The notes: generated by a model not told the origin, from the letters alone. A stretch of 64,000 nucleotides of DNA from an uncultured Eubacteriales bacterium (GCA_934486455.1 CAKSPR010000004.1:2283-66282); one strand, 5' to 3'. Shown: positions 28,793-39,000, counted from the stretch's first letter. A program made the numbers and translations.

Positions 28793-28966
28793 TGTTTTTA
28801 CCTCTCTTTTTTAAATTTATTTTTTTACGGTATTATCTGTCGCGCCGCCGAAAAAGCGGCGATTATTTGTTTGTTTGTCGGCTGCTCCCTTACCGCGACT
28901 TCCCCGTGTTCAATCACCCGACGGCGGGCTGACAAACGGTTATTATGCCTGCCCCGGGGCGGTCGG

Positions 28967-29869
28967 TTATCGGTTTGATGCAATAACCGCTCTGTCGTTT
29001 CCCGAAAGGTCGGTGACACACCCGACATTTTTAAAGCAAGATTTGAAGATTTCAACGACCTCTTGCTTCTGGTCAAAGCCTATTTCAACCATTATTTGAC
29101 CGTTTTCATTAAGAAGGTCTTTAAAGTTGCTGCATATGGCCTTATAAAATATTAACCCGTCTTTTCCTCCGTCAAGAGCCTCCCGCGGCTCGTTTTTCAC
29201 CTCTTTTGAAAGGGTGTCTATAACCGCCGAGCGTATGTAGGGAGGATTTGAAACTATCAGGTCGAAATTTCCGAAATCGTCGGACATCTCCTTCTCGCAA
29301 AACCCGTTGCCGTTAAAGCATACCGCCTTAAAGCTTTTTGTTCCTTTAAGCACATCGCCCCGAATAATATGAATGTCCGAAAGGCCGTTGAGCCTTGCGT
29401 TTTTTTCCGTAAATTCAAGGGGGCGGTCGAAAAGGTCAACCGAGAAAAGCCTTGCACCTTTAAGGTTTTTGGCTATGGCCGTCCCGACGCATCCGCTTCC
29501 GCAGCAAAGGTCGAGAACTTTGGGGTTTTCTTTGCCGCTCAGTGCATTTATTGCCTGCTGCACAAGTGTCTCGGTATCGGCCCGCGGGATGAGCACTCCC
29601 TCGCCCACAAAAAATTTAAGAGAATAAAACTCCCAGAATCCGAGGATATACTGGAGGGGCGTTCCCGCCATTCTTTGCTCGATATACCCTTCGAATTCGG
29701 CCGTTTTCTGCGGGTCGGCGGTCTTGCCCCGCTCAAGCAAAAAGCTGTCCTTGGTTATGCCGAAGGCCTTGTATATAAGCTCGGCGGCCTCAAAATCGGG
29801 GCAGTCCGAGACCTCGGAAAGCCTTTTTGCTCCGAGCGCCTTTAATCCCGAAAGGGTCATTTCCCCCAT
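28967..29869 (-). CDS. prmC: Release-factor glutamine N5-methyltransferase
   Basis: NPPY motif and SAM-binding motif LDLCCGSG. RBS AAGGA precedes the start at 29869. Confidence 0.8.
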   Translation of the reverse strand: MGEMTLSGLKALGAKRLSEVSDCPDFEAAELIYKAFGITKDSFLLERGKTADPQKTAEFEGYIEQRMAGTPLQYILGFWEFYSLKFFVGEGVLIPRADTETLVQQAINALSGKENPKVLDLCCGSGCVGTAIAKNLKGARLFSVDLFDRPLEFTEKNARLNGLSDIHIIRGDVLKGTKSFKAVCFNGNGFCEKEMSDDFGNFDLIVSNPPYIRSAVIDTLSKEVKNEPREALDGGKDGLIFYKAICSNFKDLLNENGQIMVEIGFDQKQEVVEIFKSCFKNVGCVTDLSGNDRAVIASNR

Positions 29870-30876
29870 ATGTCGTCCTTGGGGTCTTCGGGAATGACCT
29901 CGTTAAGGGCGGCGATGGCCACCTCGATCATGTCGTCCTCCGGCTCCTTTGTGGTAAGCCTCTGCACCCACAGTCCCGGTGCCGCAACGATTTTAGAAAG
30001 AAGGTTGTTGTGCTTTCCGCAAAAGCGGATGAGCTCATATCCGACGCCCATAATGAGCGGTATAAGCAGAATTTTAACGATTATCCACACCCATGTGACC
30101 GTTTTGAGGGCAGGGAATATTTTAAGCACAAGGCTTGAAACCAGTATGCTGACCACAAGCACAAGCACCAAAAAGGATGTTCCGCAGCGAGGGTGAAATC
30201 TTATCTGTTTTCTGACATTTTCCACCGTCAGCGGCAAACCCTTTTCATAACAGAATATTGATTTGTGCTCGGCTCCGTGATACATATATGTTCGTTTGAT
30301 GTCCTTCATAAGCGCTGTAAGGGCGATATATCCGAGGAAAATGATTATTTTAAGTACACCCTCAAAAACGCCCTTCCAGGAATCCAGCACGCCGTTTTCC
30401 ACCGCCTTTACGGGGAAGGAGACCGCCGCCGAGGGGGTGACAATACCGTTTACAAGATTGAATATAACCGTCGGAAGCCACATAAAAAGCACAAGAGCAA
30501 GAGCCACGCCCAGCACCCCCGCCACGGCTCCCACCGCGGCCATGAGCTTTTCGCCGAACACCTTATAAAGCCAGCTGTCCTTGACTTCTTCGTCGTCCTC
30601 GTCTATTCCCAGCTTTTCGGCCGACTTCATAAGAGCCTTGTATCCCATAATAAGCGATTCGATCATATTTACCGAGCCTCTTATTATCGGCCATCCGAAG
30701 GGCTTGAATTTGTCTCTGACATGCTTTTCGTGAAGCTGCTCGATGTCTATGGTCTTATCGGGCAGGCGGGTGGCCATGACAGTTTTGTGGGGTCCCTTCA
30801 TCATTATTCCTTCAAGCAGGGCCTGACCCCCTATGGAGGTCATTTTGCAGCCCCTTTTATCGCTTTTATCGCTCAT
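29857..30876 (-). CDS. DUF1385-family membrane-associated protein (YqhQ-like)
   Basis: IGGQALLEGIMMKG N-terminal signature and the usual genomic partnering with prmC. An alternative start is the ATG at 30843. Confidence 0.6.
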   Translation of the reverse strand: MSDKSDKRGCKMTSIGGQALLEGIMMKGPHKTVMATRLPDKTIDIEQLHEKHVRDKFKPFGWPIIRGSVNMIESLIMGYKALMKSAEKLGIDEDDEEVKDSWLYKVFGEKLMAAVGAVAGVLGVALALVLFMWLPTVIFNLVNGIVTPSAAVSFPVKAVENGVLDSWKGVFEGVLKIIIFLGYIALTALMKDIKRTYMYHGAEHKSIFCYEKGLPLTVENVRKQIRFHPRCGTSFLVLVLVVSILVSSLVLKIFPALKTVTWVWIIVKILLIPLIMGVGYELIRFCGKHNNLLSKIVAAPGLWVQRLTTKEPEDDMIEVAIAALNEVIPEDPKDDIWGK

Positions 30877-30889
30877 TTTCTCTTTCCTT

Positions 30890-32329
30890 TCAGTTTTCGC
30901 TTCTTGGCTTTTGGGGAAGCATTATCGAAACGGTGGTGCCGATGTTTTCGGTACTTGATATTTCCAGCCTGCCTCCGTGGTTTTTAACGATTTCGTCGGC
31001 CAGAGCAAGCCCTATTCCCGAGCCTCTGACCGATCCCTCGGCTTTGTAGAATTTTTGCTTGACCTTGTCGAGATCGGCCTCGGGTATGCCTCTGCCGTTG
31101 TCGCTGACCATAATGAGAACATAGCCGATCTCTTCCTTTACATCAACAAGAATATGGCCTCCCGCCGATGTATATTTTAATGCGTTGCTTATTATGTTTA
31201 CGAAAACCTGCTGCATACGACCCGCGTCGGCCACAACGGTGGGCATTGATTCAGGCTCGGTATATTCGAGAAAAACTCCCTGCTTTTTGGCGGTGTCGGT
31301 AAGGGTCATGACCGCTTCGGACACCTCGGCCACAATGTCGCAGGATTCCATATTATATTTAAGATTTCCGCTTTGCATTCTCGAAAAATCGAGAAGATCC
31401 TCAACAATGACCGAAAGCCGCTCGGCCTCGCTGATTATAACGTCGATTCCCTTTTTGGTTATGGTGGGATCGTCGATTGACGAAAGCACCGTTTCTCCCC
31501 ACCCCTTAATGGCGGTAAGCGGAGTACGAAGCTCGTGGGACACCGAGGAAATAAACTCGTTTTTCATTTTTTCGGTCGAGCCGAGCTCGCTTGCCATATA
31601 GTTTATGGTTTCGCCGAGCCTGCTTATTTCGTCGTCCTTCGGGTTTTCCGAAGGCTCTATCCTCGCGTCGAAATCTCCCGCCGCGATCTGGCGGGCGGTC
31701 TTGTTTATCCCGGCTATGGGATTAACTATGGAGCGTATAAAGTATGTCCCCGAAAAAACCATGACAAGGAACATGACAAGCCCCACCCCGATACCGATGA
31801 GCACGATAATGGTATATTGCCTTGATGTATCCGAAAGGGATACAATTATCCGCACGGCGCCGAGGGTTATGTCGTCGCTTTGCTTGGATTTTATGGCGGT
31901 GGCGGCGGTCATGACCTCCTCGCCGCTGGAAAGGCGCCCCTGTTTCAGGGTCACTCCGCCGAGATCTGTCCCCACCCCGTCGTAGCTTTCGTTTTTATCG
32001 GGTAAAAATCCGTTTGTGGACATGATGACATTTCCGCTCGGTCCGATTATCTGAACCTCCATTTTATCCCGCTCGTTAAAGCCCTCGACATACTGGCGGG
32101 CGCCAAGCTCGAAATCGGAATATGAGCCGGCCGAATAGGAGGAAAAGGAGGCGGTTATGGCCGACATTTTATTTTCGAGGTATTGCCTGACGGTGGAAAA
32201 ATAATATTCGTGAACGGCAAAGATAAAAACCGTCTCGGCCACCGCGATGGTTGCGGCTACCACGCTTAAAATGTTGATTGCCCAGCGCCGAGCAAGTCCC
32301 TGCTGCTTGGGCTTTTTTATTTTTCTCAT
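30890..32329 (-). CDS. Sensor histidine kinase with two transmembrane segments, an HAMP domain, a HisKA domain and an HATPase domain
   Basis: H-box SHELRTPL, plus N, G1 and G2 boxes. Confidence 0.85.
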   Translation of the reverse strand: MRKIKKPKQQGLARRWAINILSVVAATIAVAETVFIFAVHEYYFSTVRQYLENKMSAITASFSSYSAGSYSDFELGARQYVEGFNERDKMEVQIIGPSGNVIMSTNGFLPDKNESYDGVGTDLGGVTLKQGRLSSGEEVMTAATAIKSKQSDDITLGAVRIIVSLSDTSRQYTIIVLIGIGVGLVMFLVMVFSGTYFIRSIVNPIAGINKTARQIAAGDFDARIEPSENPKDDEISRLGETINYMASELGSTEKMKNEFISSVSHELRTPLTAIKGWGETVLSSIDDPTITKKGIDVIISEAERLSVIVEDLLDFSRMQSGNLKYNMESCDIVAEVSEAVMTLTDTAKKQGVFLEYTEPESMPTVVADAGRMQQVFVNIISNALKYTSAGGHILVDVKEEIGYVLIMVSDNGRGIPEADLDKVKQKFYKAEGSVRGSGIGLALADEIVKNHGGRLEISSTENIGTTVSIMLPQKPRSEN

Positions 32330-32497
32330 CCGCCGGACACTCCCTTCGCGTTTTTTGCGGGCTAAGCTTTTTGGTCAACGGCTTTTTCATAATGCTGCTC
32401 TCAGGCGCAGCGTCTCGTGCGTTGGGGCTGAGCTTTCAGACCTGCCGTCGGTCTGCATTTAAGAAGTCCCTGCGCCCTGCGCGGTCGGGTTTTCGGG

Positions 32498-33196
32498 TCA
32501 GCTTATCCACTTATATCCCCGTCCCCAAACGGTTATGATGTGTTTGGGCTCGGAGGGCTCCTGCTCGATCTTCATTCTAAGTCTTCTTATGTTTACATCG
32601 ACGATCTTTTCCTCGCCGTAATATTCCGCTCCCCACACCTTTGCAAGTATCTTTGAGCGGTCTATGGGCTGGCCGTAATTTGAAAAGAGATATTCCATAA
32701 TGTTAAACTCCACCTGGGTAAGCTCAATGCTCTTTCCCTCGGGTGTTTCAAGGCAGCGGCGGCGTATGTTAAGGGTATATTCGCCGTGGGTTATGCTGTC
32801 GGAAGAGCCGTCGTTCTTTGCAGAACTCACTCCCATTCTGCGGCAGAGAGAATTAACTCTTGCCACAAGCTCGGAGGGGCTGAAGGGCTTGGTCATATAA
32901 TCGTCGGCGCCGCTTGAAAGGCCGCTTATCTTGTCGCTTTCCTGGGTGCGGGCGGTCAGCATGATAATGCCCACCCTGTCACTCTTGCTTCTCAGCCTTT
33001 TGCAAACCTCTATCCCGTCAATACCGGGAAGCATAAGGTCGAGAAGGGCAATGTCAAAGTCGCCCTGTTTTTCAAAAAGGGACACAGCCTCTTCGCCGGT
33101 GGCAGCTTCGGCAACCTCAAAGCCTGACTTTTGAAGATTTAAAACCACAAATTCCCTTATGGCCGCCTCATCTTCACACACAAGAATTTTTCTCAT
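32498..33196 (-). CDS. OmpR-family response regulator
   Basis: Receiver domain (DLMLPGIDG) followed by a winged-helix C-terminal domain. RBS AAGGAG precedes the start. Confidence 0.9.
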   Translation of the reverse strand: MRKILVCEDEAAIREFVVLNLQKSGFEVAEAATGEEAVSLFEKQGDFDIALLDLMLPGIDGIEVCKRLRSKSDRVGIIMLTARTQESDKISGLSSGADDYMTKPFSPSELVARVNSLCRRMGVSSAKNDGSSDSITHGEYTLNIRRRCLETPEGKSIELTQVEFNIMEYLFSNYGQPIDRSKILAKVWGAEYYGEEKIVDVNIRRLRMKIEQEPSEPKHIITVWGRGYKWIS

Positions 33197-33347
33197 AATT
33201 AGCTCCTTAATAAATCAACAATAGATCGGTAAAATATGTCCTTATAATCGCATGGATATATCTGTCTGAAACGCGGCGGTCGCAGCTTTGCAAAGACCCG
33301 CCGTCTTTAGCTTCCGATGCGTGCGGGTGAAAGCCGAGCCTCGGGCG

Positions 33348-34703
33348 TCAGTCGACAATAAATTTGAATTTTGCCTTCAGCTGTTCGTATGTCACCGAAT
33401 ATTCGCCGCTGTAGTCGGTAAATTTAACCGCGAAGGTCCTGTTGTCCGAAACGGCAAGGGCGATATACCCCACCGTCGAAACCTCCTCGGAATTTTCCGA
33501 TTCCGGGGCGTTTTGACCGTTTTCTCCCGAAAATTTATCCGAATCGAATATGGCTATGCGGAAAATTTCGCTTCCGGCCGTTTTGCTTTGACTGTTCCAC
33601 CTGCAAAAAACCGCCGTTCCCTTTTCGGAGTCGAAAATTACCGTAACTCCGTCCTTCCAGGACTCGTCGAGGATAAGATAATATCCTTCGCTCGTACAAT
33701 ACCAGGCCGACATAACGCTTTTAAACTCTTTTCCGTCATAATACGACCAATCGGTATAAAATCCCGCCCCGCCGACAAGGTTATATCCCGCAATGGGCTT
33801 TGCAAGGGGGATGTCGATCTTTCCGTCGCCGTTTACGTCCTTACACCTTCTGCCGCTTCGTCTGGCGGTGAAGGTGTTTTGGGCATATTCCCCCTCCGCG
33901 AAGGGATTGAAAAGAGCGCCGTTTTCGTAGTATATAAGCTCGGTTATCATAACATCGGAGGATTTAAGCCCGTCGAGATATACGGCCGTTTTTCCTCCCG
34001 TTTCCGAGGCGATAATGTTGACATATTCGGTGACTCCGCCGTCCAGCATAATGCTCGACTCGGTTTTAAAGGTGTTGTTTTCAAAATCGTTAAAGGTGAG
34101 ACTGGCTTTTTTGCTTTGAGAGTCGATGACCGCAATTCCCACATCGTCCCGTCCGTTGTTGTCTATGTCGCAAATGACAAAGGCATTGTAGGTTTCGTCG
34201 GCGCGCTGTACAAGTCCGCCGCCCTCCATTTTATAAATGATCAGCTGATTTGTTTTTGCGGTGGAGATTTGCCAGCCGGTAATTATCTCATAGGCTCCGT
34301 CCAGGTCGAGATCGGAAATTTCGGCCTCGATAAGCTCTCTGCCCACGGGATTGAGATCCTGCACCGATTTCCAGTTTCCGTTTTCCCATGAAAGGAGATT
34401 CATTCTTGTGACCGCGCTTTCGCCCTTTTTCTGATAAAAGGCCAGCACCTCGTCCTTTCCGTTTCCGTCGAAATCTCCCGAGCAAAAGGCCGAATGGTTA
34501 GCACCGACCTTGGGATATTTAAGCACAATATCGTTTCCGACTGCCTGCTCGAGCGCCTTTTGAACGCCGGCATAATATCCGGTGGCTCCCGGCGCCTTTA
34601 TGGTATCCTCCGGCGAAAAGCCCTTCATACTGCACCCCGAAAGAAGCACAAGGGCAACCGCTGCCGCGCAGAGCTTCAGTACCTTTTCAATTGTCTGTCT
34701 CAT
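33348..34703 (-). CDS. Lipoprotein with FG-GAP/VCBS-like Ca-binding repeats, predicted to form a beta-propeller
   Basis: Signal peptide plus lipobox LLSGCS. Repeated D-x-D/N-x-D-G motifs include DFDGNGKDEV, DLDLDGAYEI, DIDNNGRDDV and DVNGDGKIDI. Confidence 0.6.
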   Translation of the reverse strand: MRQTIEKVLKLCAAAVALVLLSGCSMKGFSPEDTIKAPGATGYYAGVQKALEQAVGNDIVLKYPKVGANHSAFCSGDFDGNGKDEVLAFYQKKGESAVTRMNLLSWENGNWKSVQDLNPVGRELIEAEISDLDLDGAYEIITGWQISTAKTNQLIIYKMEGGGLVQRADETYNAFVICDIDNNGRDDVGIAVIDSQSKKASLTFNDFENNTFKTESSIMLDGGVTEYVNIIASETGGKTAVYLDGLKSSDVMITELIYYENGALFNPFAEGEYAQNTFTARRSGRRCKDVNGDGKIDIPLAKPIAGYNLVGGAGFYTDWSYYDGKEFKSVMSAWYCTSEGYYLILDESWKDGVTVIFDSEKGTAVFCRWNSQSKTAGSEIFRIAIFDSDKFSGENGQNAPESENSEEVSTVGYIALAVSDNRTFAVKFTDYSGEYSVTYEQLKAKFKFIVD

Positions 34704-34812
34704 TGCCCGTCGTCTCCTTTCCCCGATTTTGTTAATTCAATCTGTCGGCTGCTCACCCGATATTCCTGACGGGCAAGCCTCCTCCGTTTAATCGGTCTGC
34801 CGTTTTGTCGGG

Positions 34813-36183
34813 TTAATCGGTACACACATTGTCGGTGTTTATCCTTTGTATGTCGCCCTCACCGCTTATAAGCCTGTCAAGGCCGTCGGCGTCGATGTCG
34901 AAAAGGTCGAGCTTTTTGATTTTAACGCCGTCAAGCAGCTTTATGAGATTTCCGCCCTTCACATCCGTCCTGACAATGTTGACATTTCTCAGACACAGGC
35001 GGTTTATATTGCTGTGCTTTATCTCCACAAAGCTCATTTCCCCAAGCTCTTTACAGTCCTTTTGATTCTGCAGAACCTCCAGACCGTCCAAAAGCAAACT
35101 GCCCACCTCGGTTTTGTTGTGCTCGCCCACATGGGCGTCGTCCTCGGCCTGCCAGCCGAGCTGTATAAGCGCTCTGGCATCGTTTGGCCTAACCGAATAG
35201 ATGTTTCTGAGGGTTATGTGGTCAATGTGTCCGCCGAGACGGAAAAGGAAGTTGTCGGTGTATGTGTAATCCACCTCGGTTTGATGAAGGTTTACGGTGT
35301 CAAAAATTATATCCCCGTATCCTCCCCTTTTTGTTACCCCGTCGGGGAAAAAGGGATTGATGAAAAATCCGAAGGAGCGATAGGTTCCGTCAACATTTTT
35401 TACGGTCACGCGGTCGAGCCGTCCGTTTTTGTGTACGAGCAGTCTTATGCCCTGGTCGGCGTCCTCAAGATGAATTCCGTCTATCATGACATCGGAAATA
35501 TCGGAAACTCCGTCGGCCTCATCGGGAGCGATTGCCAAAAAGTCGTCTCCCGCGTTTCCGCTGAGATTATGTATGTTAAGATACCTTCCCGGGCCGAAGA
35601 AATGAAATCCGTCCTGATTCTGATAGTGCTCCTTATGGGGCAGGGAAATATGCACGCTGTCGATGTTAACCCGCTCCCAGTTGACAAAAAGGCCGGTAAA
35701 GGTTCTCTGGTCGATTATGTTTACATCGCGAATAAGCAGGTTTCTTATTCCCACAAACCAAAAGGCCACGGTGAAATCGCACCCGCCCTCGGGACGGGGC
35801 ACATCGTGCTTCTGCCCTCTGCAATTGTGGTTGTATGTTCCGCCTACAAGGCTGATGTTCTGATCCTCAATATCGTCGTAGGAATATTTGCCGTCGGCAT
35901 GCCGCTTTGTCATATTGGCATTGGAAACTATGGCGCAGTCCGAGCCGTCGGCAAGGAAAAAACCGCAGGAGGATGTCGGACACTCTATGACCGTATCCGA
36001 ATAAACCTTTATCCCGGTTATAAGAGCCGCTCCGTCCACAACAAGGTGTACTCCCACCCCGTCTTTTTGCGCCATGTCAAGTATTTTCTGTATGGCGGCG
36101 GTATCGTCGGTTCCCCCGCCGCTGTGCACATCGCTGTCGAGTACGGCGCCGCACTGACTTGCCACATATTTTTTCACTGTCAC
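34813..36183 (-). CDS. Right-handed parallel beta-helix protein of the pectate-lyase superfamily (GH28/GH55-like). It has no signal peptide.
   Basis: GTDDTAAIQKIL is an N-terminal motif typical of Pectate_lyase_3-type proteins. The remaining sequence has a repetitive beta-helix character. Confidence 0.5.
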   Translation of the reverse strand: MTVKKYVASQCGAVLDSDVHSGGGTDDTAAIQKILDMAQKDGVGVHLVVDGAALITGIKVYSDTVIECPTSSCGFFLADGSDCAIVSNANMTKRHADGKYSYDDIEDQNISLVGGTYNHNCRGQKHDVPRPEGGCDFTVAFWFVGIRNLLIRDVNIIDQRTFTGLFVNWERVNIDSVHISLPHKEHYQNQDGFHFFGPGRYLNIHNLSGNAGDDFLAIAPDEADGVSDISDVMIDGIHLEDADQGIRLLVHKNGRLDRVTVKNVDGTYRSFGFFINPFFPDGVTKRGGYGDIIFDTVNLHQTEVDYTYTDNFLFRLGGHIDHITLRNIYSVRPNDARALIQLGWQAEDDAHVGEHNKTEVGSLLLDGLEVLQNQKDCKELGEMSFVEIKHSNINRLCLRNVNIVRTDVKGGNLIKLLDGVKIKKLDLFDIDADGLDRLISGEGDIQRINTDNVCTD

Positions 36184-36191
36184 AAAATCAC

Positions 36192-36980
36192 CTATCTGAT
36201 AATAATTTGCTCTGCCTGCAAGGCCTTTCCGCTCGCCTTGTCGACCTCAAAAACCGTTCCGCACAAAAAGCATTCTCCGTCGGCCGTTAAAAATCTTGCG
36301 GGAAGCTTATCCTTCATCATGGCCACGGTAAGCTCCGCCTTCACACCAAGCACCGAGTCTTCGGGCCCGGTCATTCCGAGATCGGAAATGCAGACGGTTC
36401 CGTTTTTTGTGACCCTGAGGTCGGCGGTGGGGACATGGGTGTGTGTCCCCAAAAGAGCGGTCACCCTCCCGTCGAGATAATGGGCGAGAGAAAGCTTTTC
36501 CCCGGTAGCCTCGGCATGAAAATCCACGATTTTTATTTTGCAGCCCTGTCGGTCGGCCAGCTTTATCATACGGTCGGCAGTGTCAAAGGGCGATTCGAGG
36601 GTGGGGGACATATAAACCTGCCCCATAATGCTTATGATCGCCGCCTTGTATGAGCCCTTGTCGACGACGCACATTCCGCATCCCGGGGCACTGTCCGGAT
36701 AATTGGCCGGCCTTATGCAAAAGGGCGAAGAGGCTAAATAGTCGTATATTTCCCTTCTTCGAAAGGTGTGGTTGCCGCCGGTGATAACATCGGCGCCGCT
36801 TGCGAAAATATGGTCGGCGGAAAACGGGGTTATACCGTTCCCTTCGGCGGAATTTTCTCCGTTAACGACGGTAATGTCGATGCCGTACCTTTTTTTGAGG
36901 GCAGGCAGCCTTTTCCTTAAAAATTCACAGCCCGGTTTTCCCACAACGTCGCCCACGGCCAATATTTTCACTCCCGTCAC
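36192..36980 (-). CDS. ymdB: YmdB-family metallophosphoesterase (2',3'-cyclic-nucleotide 2'-phosphodiesterase-like)
   Basis: MTGVKILAVGDVVGKPG...GENSAEG...GGNHTF, the calcineurin-like metal-binding motifs of TIGR00282-type proteins. Confidence 0.8.
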   Translation of the reverse strand: MTGVKILAVGDVVGKPGCEFLRKRLPALKKRYGIDITVVNGENSAEGNGITPFSADHIFASGADVITGGNHTFRRREIYDYLASSPFCIRPANYPDSAPGCGMCVVDKGSYKAAIISIMGQVYMSPTLESPFDTADRMIKLADRQGCKIKIVDFHAEATGEKLSLAHYLDGRVTALLGTHTHVPTADLRVTKNGTVCISDLGMTGPEDSVLGVKAELTVAMMKDKLPARFLTADGECFLCGTVFEVDKASGKALQAEQIIIR

Positions 36981-37084
36981 CTCCCGAAAGGTTCCGCCGG
37001 GACGCCTGCGGAAATACGCTTGTTGGCACCGTCAAAACGCCGTCGGACACACTTATAGTATTATAGATTATCATTATAACTCAT

Positions 37085-37300
37085 TTACATTAAAAGGTCA
37101 ATTGAAAACGGACAAAAAATTAAAAAAACATAGGGTTTCAAAAAGGACAAATTTTCAGAGGATAACAGCCCCGAAGTCAAAAGAAAAAACACAAAAACCA
37201 CGATTTTGAAAACGGACAAAACGCAGTCCCGAAGGACGCAAACCCCAACGCTTCGCGCCCCCGAAAAATCCAAAGCACTTCCCCGAAAAATCCGCAAAAA
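37085..37300. repeat. A-rich intergenic region with GAAAACGGACAAAA repeated at about 37097 and 37205, and CCCCGAAAAATCC repeated at about 37254 and 37282
   Basis: Direct repeats read directly from the sequence. Confidence 0.6.
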
Positions 37301-37324
37301 AAACACAGCCCGAAAAGGCTGTGT
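37294..37324 (-). terminator. Intrinsic terminator of rpmB
   Basis: acacagcc-cgaaaa-ggctgtgt stem with an A8 run on the plus strand, which gives a U-run on the minus transcript. Confidence 0.7.
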
Positions 37325-37345
37325 TTTTCATGCAGTGCATAAAGG

Positions 37346-37534
37346 TTATATAGCTCTGGTTACCTTACCGGAACGCAGGCAACGGGTGCAGGCGTTGATC
37401 CGGCACGGAGTACCGTCCACGATTGCCTTGACGCGCTGTACATTGGGCTTCCAAGCACGGTTGGATCTTCTGTGAGAGTGAGAAACCTTAATACCGAAGG
37501 TAACACCCTTGCCGCAAATATCGCATTTTGCCAT
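37346..37534 (-). CDS. rpmB: 50S ribosomal protein L28
   Basis: MAKCDICGKGVTFGIKVSHSHRRSNRAWKPNVQ. RBS AAGGAGG precedes the ATG at 37534. Confidence 0.9.
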   Translation of the reverse strand: MAKCDICGKGVTFGIKVSHSHRRSNRAWKPNVQRVKAIVDGTPCRINACTRCLRSGKVTRAI

Positions 37535-37640
37535 ACTCTGCACCTCCTTAAACTTTCAAAAAAATTTCGTTGCAAAACAACATCGTGCAAACTATAATAA
37601 CAGACTTTAAGCAAAAATGCAAGTCTTTTTTTTATTTTTT

Positions 37641-38906
37641 TTACTCAAGACCGTTCATAACCAGCCCCGTGATGAGCTTGGGATAAAAATATGTGGATTT
37701 CTGAGGCATTTTTTCTCCGTCCAAGGCAACATTTTTTATCTCCTCCACCCTTGTGGGATTGAGTATAAAAGCACACTGAGCCGCCCCGCTGTCCACCGCC
37801 TGCTCGGCTTCACTTTCCGAGCGTGTGTAGGTGAGGTTTATCTGCTTCGCCATGTTTTCCCTGTCTATGCCCATGATCTTTTCGAGGACAAGCGAATGAA
37901 GGATGCTGACATCAAGACTTCTGAGCGACTCGCTCCCCGCAAGAAGCTTTTCGGGAACGGCCGAAAGCTTTGAAACAAGCAGGTCGTAGCCGTCTGCGGT
38001 ATAAAGCAAAAATGCCGCCTGTTTTTTCTCATATGCCGATTTAAGCCGACATTCGGCGTCTTCCTTTGAAAGATTTCTTGTTATATCAAAGCTCTGCTCG
38101 CAAAGAGAAAGAAGGCTTTCCCTGTCAAAGCGCTCAAGATCCCTGACGATTCTGTGGGTGGGAAGCACCAAAAGCCCGTCCTGCTCCATGTCGGCGAGGA
38201 ACATCATGATATAGTCGGCGTTTTCGCTGTGCTTTCCGATTTGTTTCAGATAATCGCGATAGTTAAGCGCCGTTTCATATCTGTGGTGGCCGTCGGCGAT
38301 GTAAAGCTTTTTGTCCTCGAAGCTTTTTTCAACCTCGCTTATAAAATCGCGGTCGGTAACAATCCAAAGCCTGTGTATAAGACCGTCTCTGTCCTTTGCC
38401 TCGACATCGGGGACACGCTCCTTCTGCCTCCTGCAAAGGCCGCTGACCTTTCCGCCGTCGAGATAAAGAGAATATACCTGGCTGAAGTTGCAGTTTGTGG
38501 CCTTCATAAGGTCAAAGCGATCCTGCTTGGCCTTTGAAAGCGTCTGCTCATGGGGAAGAACCACACCCTTGGAGAATTCCTCAAGTCCCACTCTCGCCAC
38601 AAGTCCCGAGACGGTCATTTTTCTGCCGTCGGCGGCAAACTCTATCTCGTATATGTAAAAGCCTGGCTGCCCGTCAAAAGCAAGCTTCCCCTGCTTTTTC
38701 AGTTCACCGAGCACCCTTGCCGCCTCGGCATAAGGGTCGGTTCCGTCCTTGGGCAGCTCAAGTCTTATTATGTTGCAGGGATTTTTCTCTATATACCGCC
38801 GCCGTTCGTCCTCGCTTATGATGTCGTAGGGCGGGCAGATAAGCTCGCTTATATCTCCTGCCTTTTCGGTAAATCTCAGCCCTTTAAAAGCTTTTACGGT
38901 TGCCAT
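37641..38906 (-). CDS. DUF1015-family protein
   Basis: ADGHHRYETAL motif and a length of about 420 aa, both typical of DUF1015. Confidence 0.6.
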   Translation of the reverse strand: MATVKAFKGLRFTEKAGDISELICPPYDIISEDERRRYIEKNPCNIIRLELPKDGTDPYAEAARVLGELKKQGKLAFDGQPGFYIYEIEFAADGRKMTVSGLVARVGLEEFSKGVVLPHEQTLSKAKQDRFDLMKATNCNFSQVYSLYLDGGKVSGLCRRQKERVPDVEAKDRDGLIHRLWIVTDRDFISEVEKSFEDKKLYIADGHHRYETALNYRDYLKQIGKHSENADYIMMFLADMEQDGLLVLPTHRIVRDLERFDRESLLSLCEQSFDITRNLSKEDAECRLKSAYEKKQAAFLLYTADGYDLLVSKLSAVPEKLLAGSESLRSLDVSILHSLVLEKIMGIDRENMAKQINLTYTRSESEAEQAVDSGAAQCAFILNPTRVEEIKNVALDGEKMPQKSTYFYPKLITGLVMNGLE

Positions 38907-39000
38907 ATTATCAAATCCTTTAGCTTTGGTTTTATGTTAAATAAGCTTTTTAAACTTAAAATTTTAAAATTCAATCCGCATGCTTTGCCAAGACCCGGCC

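Noticed and set aside
28793-28966. Possible LexA (Cheo-box, GAAC-N4-GTTC) operator upstream of recA
   Set aside because: I searched the recA upstream region by eye and found no GAAC...GTTC dyad. Only small GC palindromes are present (gccccggggc, cgccgctttttcggcggcg). A divergent SOS box cannot be excluded without a motif scan.
32169-32390. 73-aa ORF in the response regulator-kinase gap, overlapping the kinase start
   Set aside because: It is out of frame with the kinase, very basic and low-complexity, and has no RBS. It is kept only as a note under the two-component-system finding.
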